A stretch of DNA of 64,000 nucleotides from an uncultured bacterium (GTDB lineage: Bacteria; Patescibacteriota; Kazan-3B-28). Below are positions 54,732 through 63,846 of the stretch, one piece after another. Numbering within the stretch: position 1 is the first letter of the stretch; every line of letters starts with the position of its first letter. Location of the stretch: the NCBI GenBank assembly GCA_963695435.1, contig OY968788.1, positions 207,424 through 271,423 of the forward strand, read 5' to 3'. Under the pieces are notes generated by a model. The model was not told where the DNA came from. It saw nothing but the letters and a program-made list of their open reading frames with translations, and made no database searches. The translations under genes and the position numbers were made by a program.

Positions 54732-56486
54732 ATGGAAGAAAAGAAAAAAATAGTTTTACCAGCGATTATGACCGTCAATGAATTGGCGAGCTCTTTTAGT
54801 GTGCCAGTGACGGTGGTAATCAAACAGCTATTATCTAACGGTGTGTTGGCAACTATTAATGACAATATCGATTTTGAGACTGCGGCTATCGTAGCGGACG
54901 ATTTAGGTTACGAAGTGTCACAAAGTGAATCTCTCGCGGATACGGGAACAATTGCAGAAAAACAGGTTGAGGTTGGCGAGCCTAGAGCGCCCATTGTGAC
55001 GGTAATGGGGCATGTTGATCACGGAAAAACTTCCTTGCTGGACTATATTCGCAAGACCAAGATTACCGAAAAAGAATCGGGTGGAATTACCCAGCATATT
55101 GGAGCGTATCAGGCGGAATTCAAGGGCAGAAAGATTACTTTCTTAGATACGCCAGGGCACGAAGCATTTTCCGCGATTAGAGCGCAGGGAGCTAAAGTGA
55201 CGGATGTGGTTATTTTGGTGGTAGCGGCAGATGAAGGAATAAAACCACAAACTATTGAAGCGATTGAGCTGGCGAGAGCGGCAAATGTGCCGATTGTGAC
55301 AGCAATTACCAAAATTGACCGACCGGAAGCAAATATTATGCGAGTGGAACAGGAATTGGCTGCGCACAATATCGTAACGGAAAAATGGGGCGGAAAAGAT
55401 GTAATTATTGGTGTTTCCGCAAAATCCGGTGAAGGAGTGGATGAATTATTAGATTTAGTTTTACTAACTGCTGATTTACAGGAATTAAAAGCGCAAAAAC
55501 AAGTGTCTGCGTCAGGTTTTGTAATTGAAACAAAGCACGACCCCAAAGTTGGCTACACAGCAACATTATTAGTACACAACGGAACATTGAAGATTGGTGA
55601 TGCGTTTGTGGTTGGAATTCAGGCAGGCAAAGTGAAATCGATGGAAGATTATTTGGGCAAACGGGTGAAAGAAGCTGGTCCATCAATGCCGGTAAGGGTG
55701 ACGGGATTTGGTGCAGTGCCAAATGCAGGTGAGTTTTTTGAAGTAGTGGAAAGCGAAAAAGCAGCGCGGGAAATTTCACTTTCTAAATCAAAACAAGCTA
55801 CGGCGCGCAGAATTTCTGTCACATCATCCGATTTGTCCAAACTAACCGCGCAGATTCGCGCATCGCGTTCATCGCAAATTGCGGTGGTATTGAAGGCGGA
55901 TATGCAAGGCTCACTAGAGGCAATAAAAAACCAGTTGGCAAAAATCCGCACTGATAAAGGAGAAATCAAGATCATTGCCGAAGGTATCGGAAACATTAGC
56001 GAATCAGATGTTTTGGGCGCAGTAGGAGAAAAAGCGGTGGTAGTCGGTTTTAAGGTTGATGTATCACCATCTGCTGCCAGTATGGCGAAGAAAGATAAAA
56101 TTCAAATTTTGACTTACGACATTATTTATAATTTGACTGATGATCTGACAAAAATATTATTAGAATCGATTGAACCGGAAAAAATAGAAACCCAAGTGGG
56201 TAGAGCGACAGTGCTGAAAATTTTCCGTGATGATAGACATGAAAAAATTATCGGCATGAAAGTGGTGTCGGGGCGGATTACAGTTGGTAACATGGTGAAA
56301 TTTACTCGTGGAGAGGAAGAAATTGGTGAAGGTACGGTAAAACTGATTAAACATTTGACTGAAGATGTATCGGAAGCGACACCGGGAACAGATTTCGGTT
56401 TTCTAGTGGCAACTACGGCTAAAGTTCAGCCTGATGATGTGGCGGAATTTGTAAAAGTCGATTATAAAAAGGCAAAGTTGGTATAA
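54732..56486 (+). CDS. infB: Translation initiation factor IF-2
   Basis: G domain GHVDHGKTSLLD, DTPGHEAF, NKID; beta-barrel domains. Confidence 0.9.
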   Translation: MEEKKKIVLPAIMTVNELASSFSVPVTVVIKQLLSNGVLATINDNIDFETAAIVADDLGYEVSQSESLADTGTIAEKQVEVGEPRAPIVTVMGHVDHGKTSLLDYIRKTKITEKESGGITQHIGAYQAEFKGRKITFLDTPGHEAFSAIRAQGAKVTDVVILVVAADEGIKPQTIEAIELARAANVPIVTAITKIDRPEANIMRVEQELAAHNIVTEKWGGKDVIIGVSAKSGEGVDELLDLVLLTADLQELKAQKQVSASGFVIETKHDPKVGYTATLLVHNGTLKIGDAFVVGIQAGKVKSMEDYLGKRVKEAGPSMPVRVTGFGAVPNAGEFFEVVESEKAAREISLSKSKQATARRISVTSSDLSKLTAQIRASRSSQIAVVLKADMQGSLEAIKNQLAKIRTDKGEIKIIAEGIGNISESDVLGAVGEKAVVVGFKVDVSPSAASMAKKDKIQILTYDIIYNLTDDLTKILLESIEPEKIETQVGRATVLKIFRDDRHEKIIGMKVVSGRITVGNMVKFTRGEEEIGEGTVKLIKHLTEDVSEATPGTDFGFLVATTAKVQPDDVAEFVKVDYKKAKLV

Positions 56487-56491
56487 CACAA

Positions 56492-56611
56492 CTCGGAGGG
56501 ACAAGACCAGAAAAAGGTCTTTTCCCTTCCGACGCTCCGACAAGTCGGAGCTGCCTCCCTTTTCCAGGGAGTTCGCAATCCGAATTTAATTCGGATTGCT
56601 CACAGATTAGG
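56492..56611 (+). repeat. 120-nt three-hairpin repeat element, copy 2 (infB-rbfA spacer)
   Basis: Same sequence as 38828-38950 with compensatory changes in hairpin 3 (gcaatccgaatttaattcggattgc); ends in an AGGAG RBS for rbfA. Confidence 0.8.
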
Positions 56612-56616
56612 AGTCT

Positions 56617-57036
56617 ATGGATAAGAATTTAAGGAAAGAGCGGTTGGGGTCTGTAGTTCACGCGGCGGTGGCGGAATTTTTTGTTGAACACAATCGCGAT
56701 TGGGGGATTGATGCGTTGCCTCTCGTGGAGCAGGTGTTTGTATCGGCAGATTTGCATCATATTGAAATTTGGGTGAGCTTATCTCCGTGGAAAAAAGATA
56801 AAGCTCAACATCAGTTTGAGGTGGTGCAGAAACATCTGGGCGCACTGAAGAAAGAGTTGGCGGGGAAGATAGAATTGCGCCGGTTCCCCGAACTCGTACT
56901 GAAATTGTCCGATCCAGAACAAACTTTCCGAATTTTGGATATATTTGGTACGCTTAGGAGCCGTGGAGAACTTGGCTCAACAAATCAGAACGAAACTACA
57001 GGCAGCGAAGAGGATTCTGCTAACGACTCACGCTAG
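56617..57036 (+). CDS. rbfA: Ribosome-binding factor A
   Basis: RLGSVVHAAVAEFF..IEIWVSL pattern of RbfA; follows infB. Confidence 0.75.
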   Translation: MDKNLRKERLGSVVHAAVAEFFVEHNRDWGIDALPLVEQVFVSADLHHIEIWVSLSPWKKDKAQHQFEVVQKHLGALKKELAGKIELRRFPELVLKLSDPEQTFRILDIFGTLRSRGELGSTNQNETTGSEEDSANDSR

Positions 57037-57928
57037 CCCTGACGGTGACGCATTAGGCAGCATGTTAGGGCTGTATGCTGTTTTGGTTAGCCAATGGGGG
57101 AAGCAGGTAACGGTGGCAGCCGGCGGAGATTCTCCGGGAACTTTTTCGTATTCATTTTTGCCGTATTTTTTTAAAGTGCAGGATAGTTTCGAACCGCAGG
57201 ATTACGACACGGTAGTCATATTGGACTGTGATGGATGGGTGCGGACGGGTTGGTTTGAGGATAACGAATTGAATATTGCCTGGCCTGATGAGCTGATTGT
57301 TATTGATCATCATCAAGCAGGTGAGTCAGTCCCGGGGCTTATTTATGCGAATACCGAAACATCATCCACTTCCGAAATGGTGTATGGATTATTGCGGAGT
57401 TGGGATGCAGGCATCACTAAAGAAATCGCAACCTGTCTCCTTACTGGCATCAGCTTTGATACTGGTTCATTCCAGCACCCCAACACTTCTCGGGTCACAC
57501 TTGAAATTGCCGCTGATTTAGTTACGAAGGGAGGGGATTTGGCTTCAATTGCCCAGCATTTGTATGTTGGGAAAAGTGTGGAGAGATTGAAGTTGTGGGG
57601 GATTGTGCTTCAGAGAATGCGTTATGATGACGAATTGAAAGCGACTATTTCCGTAATTACCAATGAAGATTTGGCGGCAACCGGTACTACCAAAGAAGAT
57701 GCGGAAGGATTAGTGAATCTTATTAATACTGTGCCGGATTTGAAGTTTTCATTGCTGTTGTCAGAAACTCCCGAAGGCGGCGTGAAAGGCAGTTTCCGTA
57801 CACAAGATGACAATATGGATGTAAATCGGCTGGCGCGGTTGATGGGGGGCGGTGGGCACAAACAAGCGGCAGGTTTTTCCCTTTCCGCAAAATTAAAAAA
57901 CAGCGACGAGCGCTGGAGTGTGGATTAG
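56945..57928 (+). CDS. nrnA: DHH family phosphoesterase NrnA (oligoribonuclease/pAp phosphatase)
   Basis: ILLTTHASPDGDALGS DHH motif, DHH..GG..HK C-terminal DHHA1 GGGHKQAAG. Confidence 0.7.
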   Translation: MVRLGAVENLAQQIRTKLQAAKRILLTTHASPDGDALGSMLGLYAVLVSQWGKQVTVAAGGDSPGTFSYSFLPYFFKVQDSFEPQDYDTVVILDCDGWVRTGWFEDNELNIAWPDELIVIDHHQAGESVPGLIYANTETSSTSEMVYGLLRSWDAGITKEIATCLLTGISFDTGSFQHPNTSRVTLEIAADLVTKGGDLASIAQHLYVGKSVERLKLWGIVLQRMRYDDELKATISVITNEDLAATGTTKEDAEGLVNLINTVPDLKFSLLLSETPEGGVKGSFRTQDDNMDVNRLARLMGGGGHKQAAGFSLSAKLKNSDERWSVD

Positions 57929-58353
57929 GTTTTTTATTGTTTTCTTTTTCTTTTTTGTCATTCCTGCGGAGGCAGGGATCCATTTTCTTTTTGTTTATTT
58001 TTTCAAGGGTCTGCGCGACCCTTGTACCGCGGTTACTTTCCGCTTGAGGAAAGTAACCAAAGTCGCTCCCCACTCACAAATTCATTTTCCAAAAAAGCAA
58101 AATATAACCTTTCTGGACTATACGCTATACTCGCTACGCTCAAACAACGCTATCCATACCGGTCAATTTTGCTATTGGAAATATGAATTTGCTCAATGGG
58201 TATCGGGGAGGGGAAAGCTTGACTGGGAGCGGGTTTTCTGGTATCCTGCGGGTGTAAGGTGGACCCTGTGATTTTTAGGGAAATACCCCACCAGTACCTT
58301 GAAGACTAGCCGACACAAGTTAGCCTATAAGGTATTAGTAAAAGGAGACTGGG
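57929..58353 (+). repeat. Mosaic intergenic repeat element, locus L5 (M1-M2-M5-M6), leader of DGR2 target
   Basis: ttttcttttttGTCATtcctgcggaggcaggga, gggtctgcgcgaccc, cggttactttc..gaaagtaacc, ctttctggactatacgctatactc, cttgactgggagcgggttttctg. Confidence 0.75.
58219..58247 (+). promoter_or_regulatory. Promoter TTGACT-N17-TATCCT with GAGCGGGTTTT spacer (copy 4 of 4), about 107 nt upstream of DGR2 target
   Basis: cttgactgggagcgggttttctggtatcct. Confidence 0.5.
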
Positions 58354-58995
58354 ATGACTATCCTAGCCGCCATTGATGTTGTGATGAAGTTGCTCGGGGC
58401 TCTCATCACTGCTAAGCCCAACGAGAGTGAAGACTACGCTCGGGTCAATGAACTGCTAAAGCAGCTCAAGACTCTGGGCGAAGAAGCTCTTGGCAGACTG
58501 CTTCAGCGGATGAACTACATCCGTGAGTTGCTGTCCCGCAGTACACTTCCCACCCTAGACGACTTGAAGACATTTCTAAACCAAGTCATTCAGGTCATCG
58601 ACTGCGATGCCCAGCCATTCATTCCTGATGGCTGGAAGGTGCAAGAGCACCAAAAGGGTGGCAAGCTCGAATGGAATCCCGAGAAGATTCAGCTTTATCT
58701 TTCGGATGGGCAAAAGGACGGCAAGTATATTGAGGGCAATAAGCTTCGCAAGGAGCTGAAGGGCAAGAAGGTTCTAAATGCCTGCGTTCTCGATTGGCTT
58801 TTGGCTCATCCCGAGTTTATCCCAGAAGAATGGAAGAGTAAGTATATTTTTTTCTGGGGTACCATCTATCGCATCTCGGGCGGCGACCTGTATGTCCGTT
58901 GCCTCTGCTGGCTCGGTGACAGGTGGCACTGGCGCTACGCTTGGCTCGACGACGATTGGTACGACAGCCGCCCTGCTGCTGTTCTCGCAAGTTAG
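58354..58995 (+). CDS. DGR2 variable (target) protein; C-terminal about 40 codons are the VR
   Basis: RBS aaaaggagact; C-terminus ..RISGGDLYVRCLCWLGDRWHWRYAWLDDDWYDSRPAAVLAS encoded by VR2. Confidence 0.8.
   Translation: MTILAAIDVVMKLLGALITAKPNESEDYARVNELLKQLKTLGEEALGRLLQRMNYIRELLSRSTLPTLDDLKTFLNQVIQVIDCDAQPFIPDGWKVQEHQKGGKLEWNPEKIQLYLSDGQKDGKYIEGNKLRKELKGKKVLNACVLDWLLAHPEFIPEEWKSKYIFFWGTIYRISGGDLYVRCLCWLGDRWHWRYAWLDDDWYDSRPAAVLAS
58869..58988 (+). repeat. DGR2 variable repeat (VR2)
   Basis: 118-nt gapless alignment to TR2 with 18 differences, all at TR adenines (AAC codons in TR); 3' 28 nt identical. Confidence 0.9.
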
Positions 58996-59342
58996 TCTTT
59001 GGGACTTGGGATCTTGGGTCTTCGGATCCTTTACCCTTGGTCCTTTGGCCGCGCTCTCCGGAGTGCGGCCTCTTTTTATGTTTCAAATTTGGTAAACTAT
59101 CCGTGGAACTAGGCGAATATGCCAGAGATTACGGTTTCTGGCTGCCGAACCCAGTATCCATACAATGAGAGTATTCCTGATTAAGATTTGGAATAGAGGG
59201 TTGTATGTAGAAACTTCAAAAAATGAAGATACTTGGTGTGAGATGTTCTGACATTATAGATGTCGAATAAAATACAATCCTAAGACTTCTGCTCCAAAAG
59301 CGGAATCAAGGGGTGGTGCTTACGGATAATATCTCGCACGAA

Positions 59343-59462
59343 TCGCAACTCGGACGGCAACCTGTATGTCCGTTACCTCAACTGGAACGGTGACAGGTGG
59401 AACTGGAACTACAATTGGCTCGACAACGATTGGAACGACAACAACCCTGCTGCTGTTCTCGC
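59343..59462 (+). repeat. DGR2 template repeat (TR2)
   Basis: AAC-rich copy of VR2 between the target gene and avd2. Confidence 0.9.
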
Positions 59463-59470
59463 TACTATCC

Positions 59471-59902
59471 TCATTTCTCTCCCGACTTTTCGGGAGAGTT
59501 TTGTCTATTGAGTTGTCCATTCCAACCACCGAGCATTTTGCCTATTTCATCTAGTTGAACCGAAACGGAACCGTATTTCTTGTTATCTAGAGATTTGGTT
59601 TCCCATAAGACCATTAGAAGAATTTTGAGGGTATCAGTTTTGCGGATTGCTAGTCTGACATAAGGAGACTTTTCTGTTCGGCTAAGGAAGCTGGCTTGAG
59701 CAACAGCTTCAATAATTTCTACAAATAAATTGTCTACTCTCTGTCCGATGGAGTAGCGATGGAGTTTAGGTAGGATTTGGTAATAGCTATACCATAGGAG
59801 GTACGCCTGTTTTAGGCGTTGAAGTAACGGAAGCAACTCTCTCTCTCTCGGTGTGGTATCTTTGTTCGTCATATGAAAATAGCTAAAGGTTATTATGAAC
59901 AT
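59471..59902 (-). CDS. avd: DGR accessory variability determinant (Avd), second copy
   Basis: Homolog of Avd1 (..YSIGQ..LDEIGKMLGGWNGQL); 5' end overlaps the RT2 5' end by about 30 nt (or abuts it if the second Met at 59872 is used). Confidence 0.75.
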   Translation of the reverse strand: MFIITFSYFHMTNKDTTPRERELLPLLQRLKQAYLLWYSYYQILPKLHRYSIGQRVDNLFVEIIEAVAQASFLSRTEKSPYVRLAIRKTDTLKILLMVLWETKSLDNKKYGSVSVQLDEIGKMLGGWNGQLNRQNSPEKSGEK

Positions 59903-60940
59903 ATTATCTCACTCGACAATCTTCTTGAGGCGTGGCGGGAATTTGTGGTGGGAAAACGGAATCGAAAGGATGTTCAGGAGTTCGAGAGAGATTTGATGTC
60001 TAATATTATCCAATTGCATCGAGATTTGGAATTAGGCAATTATCAACATTCGGATTATCAGCCATTCAAGATTACCGATCCTAAGCCACGCAACATTCAT
60101 AAAGCGAGCGTACGAGATAGACTACTTCATAGGGCGATTTATAGAATCTTATATCCGATTTTTGATAAGACTTTTATTTTTGATAGTTATTCTTGTCGAG
60201 ATAATAAAGGTACTCATCGGGCATTTTGGCGTTTGGCACAAATGACTCGCAAAATCTCTGAAAACTACACTCGACCTTGCTATGCTTTGAAGTGCGACAT
60301 CCGAAAATTCTTCGACAGCATTGATCACGAGGTGCTAATGGGGTTATTGCGAGCTCGTATTGTCGATGAGCGATTATTGAAATTGCTGGAGAGTATTATT
60401 GATAGTTTTTGTTTGGGTCTGGATTCCCGCCTGCGCGGGAATGACAAAGAAGGACGCGGGAATGACGGAGAAGGCAAGGGAATGCCTTTGGGTAATCTGA
60501 CCTCCCAACTTTTCGCCAATATTTATATGGACCCGCTAGATAAGTTTGTGAAACACCAGCTCAAAGCCAAATATTATTTGCGTTATGCGGATGATTTTAT
60601 TTTCTTGTCGGATAATCCAGACGAGCTAATGGGTTATTTGGTTGAGGCAAATCGTTTTTTGAAAACTAAACTGAAACTCAATATTCACCCAAACAAAATT
60701 TATCTTAGAAAACTGAAATGGGGGATTGATTATGTCGGCTATGTGGTTTTGCCACATTACAATCTGCCGAGGAGAAGAACGGTCGAGAGAATCAAGAAAA
60801 AACTGAAGAGCAATTTGGCGATGGGCGATTTTGAGTCGGTGGCTAGAGCTATGCCGTCGTATCTTGGTTATTTAGGACACGCTAATACTTATAAGCTCCA
60901 GAAAAGTTTGTTGGGCAAAATCGCAGATGCTAAAGCGTGA
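59873..60940 (+). CDS. DGR2 reverse transcriptase
   Basis: Same RT motifs as RT1 including LGNLTSQLFANIYM and YADDFIFL; ATG start; 21-aa insertion between motifs 3 and 4. Confidence 0.9.
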   Translation: MKIAKGYYEHIISLDNLLEAWREFVVGKRNRKDVQEFERDLMSNIIQLHRDLELGNYQHSDYQPFKITDPKPRNIHKASVRDRLLHRAIYRILYPIFDKTFIFDSYSCRDNKGTHRAFWRLAQMTRKISENYTRPCYALKCDIRKFFDSIDHEVLMGLLRARIVDERLLKLLESIIDSFCLGLDSRLRGNDKEGRGNDGEGKGMPLGNLTSQLFANIYMDPLDKFVKHQLKAKYYLRYADDFIFLSDNPDELMGYLVEANRFLKTKLKLNIHPNKIYLRKLKWGIDYVGYVVLPHYNLPRRRTVERIKKKLKSNLAMGDFESVARAMPSYLGYLGHANTYKLQKSLLGKIADAKA

Positions 60941-61011
60941 AAATAGAAAAAGCCCTGGAAAGGCTACCAGAACTTATCACTATTCGTCTATAAGTCTATC
61001 GGTCTATTTGT

Positions 61012-61695
61012 CTAGCCAAGGGTTTTGAGGGCGGCGGAAGCGGCATTCGTCTCTGCTTCTCTTTTGCTTTTCCCTTCGCCCTTGGCAATCAATTTGTCGT
61101 CAACATAAACACCGACGACAAAATTACGGTCATGGTCGGGCCCTGACACTTCTTCGGTATTGTAGTGAGGGGTGACACCATGTTTTTCCTGAATGATTTC
61201 TTGAAAACGGCTTTTGGCATCAATGTGCCCTTCTTCGGCAATGATTGGTTCCAAATGATGGAGTAGAAATTTATCGATGAATTTTTTTACCGCAGGAAGT
61301 CCCAAATCTAAAAACAGAGCACCGATAAAAGCTTCGGCTGCATTACTGATGATTATTGATTTGGCTTTCCCTTCGTTGCGAAGTTCTCCCTTGCTCATCC
61401 GAAGATGTTCTTCAAATTTAAGTTCTTTGCCAACTTCGCTTAGAGTATTTCTGCGAACGAGAGCGGCACGAAGATTGGTTAGTTCTCCTTCCGCCTTTTC
61501 GGGAAACTTATCGTATAAAAATTGAGTGACTAATAGTTCCACGACGGCGTCTCCCAAAAATTCCAGCCGTTCGTTATGATTTTCTACATCAGTGTGCTCG
61601 TTAAGATATGAGCGATGAGTAAAAGCCTGCTCGTAAAGTGCAGGATTCTTGAACTTGAGACCGATCTTTTTCTGGAGAGAATCTAAATTATTCAT
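61012..61695 (-). CDS. rnc: Ribonuclease III
   Basis: ERLEFLGDAVVELLV signature, C-terminal dsRBD. Confidence 0.9.
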   Translation of the reverse strand: MNNLDSLQKKIGLKFKNPALYEQAFTHRSYLNEHTDVENHNERLEFLGDAVVELLVTQFLYDKFPEKAEGELTNLRAALVRRNTLSEVGKELKFEEHLRMSKGELRNEGKAKSIIISNAAEAFIGALFLDLGLPAVKKFIDKFLLHHLEPIIAEEGHIDAKSRFQEIIQEKHGVTPHYNTEEVSGPDHDRNFVVGVYVDDKLIAKGEGKSKREAETNAASAALKTLG

Positions 61696-61818
61696 TCGTC
61701 CAAATCCTTTCGTGTTAACGACGAGTCGCTATTGCTTCTCGTCTTTTGGGCCTCAAGGATTTCTCCTCTCCCCAAGCCAAACACTTCGTTGGTTTGCCTT
61801 GGGGGCCCCTAATGGGAG

Positions 61819-62265
61819 TTAGCGAGGGCTTTTTTCGTCAGTTTCCGGGTTGTATTTGGTGGAGTTGCGAAATACGGTGCCGAGTACGCCGTTTACGAAC
61901 TTGCTGGAGTTTTCACCGCCAAAAGCTTTTGCCAATTCTACTGCTTCGTTGATGGCCGCTTTAGGCGGAACTTCGTCGTCAAATAATAATTCAAAGATTG
62001 CCAAACGCAAAATTGCGAGGTCAACTTGGGCGATTTGTGGAATTGGCCATTCGGGGGCGGAGATAGTGATTACTTCGTCGATTTGTTCGAGATGTTTTTT
62101 CAGACCTTCGACAAGTTTGTGAATGAAGGTGAGATTGTTTTCTTCGAACTCGTGTTTTTCCAGATGGCGCTTAATAATTTCGGTCAAATCAGAAGCATCA
62201 CGCTGCTGAAGTTCGTAGAGCGCCTGCATTATTAGAATTCGGGCGAAATGTCTGTTGGATGCCAT
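61819..62265 (-). CDS. nusB: Transcription antitermination factor NusB
   Basis: ARILIMQALYELQQ..; all-helical 148 aa. Confidence 0.85.
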   Translation of the reverse strand: MASNRHFARILIMQALYELQQRDASDLTEIIKRHLEKHEFEENNLTFIHKLVEGLKKHLEQIDEVITISAPEWPIPQIAQVDLAILRLAIFELLFDDEVPPKAAINEAVELAKAFGGENSSKFVNGVLGTVFRNSTKYNPETDEKSPR

Positions 62266-62297
62266 ACCTACAATTTACCAGACGGAGAAAGAAAAAA

Positions 62298-62684
62298 CTA
62301 TTTGTCGTCCTTGTATTCTTCACCAGTTCTAGCGGGAGTCTGAATAATTTTTTTAGTACTGCTTGGTTTAGCTTCAGCCTTCTTGGCTCGTCTGGCAGCT
62401 TTGTCTGCTTTAATCTTTTCAGCTCTCTTCTTTTTTGCTTCAGCAGTTTCTTTATCTTTTTCAGCTTTTGCCTGCAGTTTCAAAGCTTGAGCAATTTTCT
62501 TGTCAGCTTTAGTATTCAAAACTTTTTTATCTCCGTAGTAACCGCATTCAGGACATGCCATATGAGTTGGCTTTTTCGTTTTGCACTTAGGGCAAGTATT
62601 CAAAGTAGGCATCGTTGGATGCCAGTGAGCCCGACGGGTCTTACTGCGGACTTTGCTGATTTTCTTTTTTGGTTCGGCGGCCAT
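62298..62684 (-). CDS. rpmF: 50S ribosomal protein L32 (zinc-ribbon type) with K/A-rich C-terminal extension
   Basis: KISKVRSKTRRAHW.. then CPKC..CPECGYYG C4 ribbon; 70-aa AKKAEAK-type tail. Confidence 0.7.
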   Translation of the reverse strand: MAAEPKKKISKVRSKTRRAHWHPTMPTLNTCPKCKTKKPTHMACPECGYYGDKKVLNTKADKKIAQALKLQAKAEKDKETAEAKKKRAEKIKADKAARRAKKAEAKPSSTKKIIQTPARTGEEYKDDK

Positions 62685-62824
62685 CGTGTCTAGGGTTAGA
62701 GAATAGAGAGTAGAGAATAGAGAATAAGGCGTGGAGCTTAGGATATAGGATAAGAAAAAATACTCTCATCTCTACGCTCTCGTCTCTAAATCTACAAGGG
62801 GCATTATAGGGGATTGAGAGCGGC

Positions 62825-62853
62825 TTGACAAGGGGGAGGCTTGTGGCTAAAAT
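62825..62853 (+). promoter_or_regulatory. Sigma70 consensus-like promoter TTGACA-N17-TAAAAT for rpsP
   Basis: ttgaca agggggaggcttgtggc taaaat. Confidence 0.55.
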
Positions 62854-62884
62854 GCCCTATGTATATCAGGTAAGCTGAAATGCT

Positions 62885-63394
62885 TTGTTAGTACTCCGTT
62901 TAGTTCGCACCGGTCGCAGGAATCAGCCGAAATACCGTCTGGTGGCTGCCGAACAGGGCGAAAAATTAGATGGCAAGGTGGTCGAGATTCTCGGTCACTA
63001 TGAGCCAGCGGCAGAATTAAAGCCGTTCATTTTTGATAAGGAAAAGGTGCAGGGTTGGCTCTCAAAGGGGGCTATGCCTTCAAATACGGTTGCTAAACTG
63101 CTAAACGGGCAGGGTTTTGACCTGCCAGTTCATTTGCATGCAGAGGCTAAGCCAAAGAAGAAGGCACAGGCCAAGCTCGATGCCGCTAACAAGCCAGTTG
63201 AAGCTCCTAAGCCAGCTGAATCGGTTTCTGCCGAAGAGGCGACTCCAAGTGAGCCAGAGGTGATAGTTGAAGCGCCTGTGGAAGCCGTTGTGGAAGAAAC
63301 TGCTCCTGTAGCGGAGGAGGTTGCTCCAGTTGCAGAGGAAGTCTCTGCAGAAGTTCCAGCCGAAGAGGCATCAGAAGAGAATAAGGAAGTTTAA
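62885..63394 (+). CDS. rpsP: 30S ribosomal protein S16 with A/E/P/V-rich C-terminal extension
   Basis: LVLRLVRTGRRNQPKYRLVAAEQGEKLDGKVVEILGHYEP matches S16; TTG start; tail contains APVAEEVAPVAEEV repeat. Confidence 0.85.
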   Translation: MLVLRLVRTGRRNQPKYRLVAAEQGEKLDGKVVEILGHYEPAAELKPFIFDKEKVQGWLSKGAMPSNTVAKLLNGQGFDLPVHLHAEAKPKKKAQAKLDAANKPVEAPKPAESVSAEEATPSEPEVIVEAPVEAVVEETAPVAEEVAPVAEEVSAEVPAEEASEENKEV

Positions 63395-63423
63395 TAGTCA
63401 TATAGTTAACCAACAGGAGAGTT

Positions 63424-63777
63424 ATGGAACGCGATCAGGAATTTGTGGAGTATGTGGTTAAAGCTATCGTCGACAATCCAGACAAAGTTGTTGTCAAACG
63501 GAGTGTTGATGAAATGGGTGTTTTGCTCGAACTGGGCGTTGACCCAGCTGACATGGGCAAAATTATCGGTAAAGAAGGCCGTACAGCAAAGGCAGTTCGT
63601 ACACTGCTTAGAGTATTGGGTGCGCAGAATCACTCCAGAGTCAACTTAAAGATTATGGAACCAGAAGGTGGCACTGGTGGCAATCGTCACATTGATTTGC
63701 CGGAAGATAAGGAAGAAAAGATAGATATGCCGGAAACCACAACCAAAGACGATTTGAAAGAAATTGCAGAGGAATAA
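63424..63777 (+). CDS. KH-domain RNA-binding protein (YlqC-like)
   Basis: VVVKRSVDEMGVLLELGVDPADMGKIIGKEGRTAKAVRTLL GXXG KH motif; typical rpsP-KH-trmD order. Confidence 0.7.
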   Translation: MERDQEFVEYVVKAIVDNPDKVVVKRSVDEMGVLLELGVDPADMGKIIGKEGRTAKAVRTLLRVLGAQNHSRVNLKIMEPEGGTGGNRHIDLPEDKEEKIDMPETTTKDDLKEIAEE

Positions 63778-63807
63778 AAACTTTTGAGGGACTAATAAAA
63801 AATTAAA

Positions 63808-63830
63808 GGCCCCGAGGAATCGGGGCTTTT
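63808..63830 (+). terminator. Rho-independent terminator
   Basis: aggccccga ggaa tcggggcttttga. Confidence 0.6.
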
Positions 63831-63846
63831 GATAAGATAGGATTAT

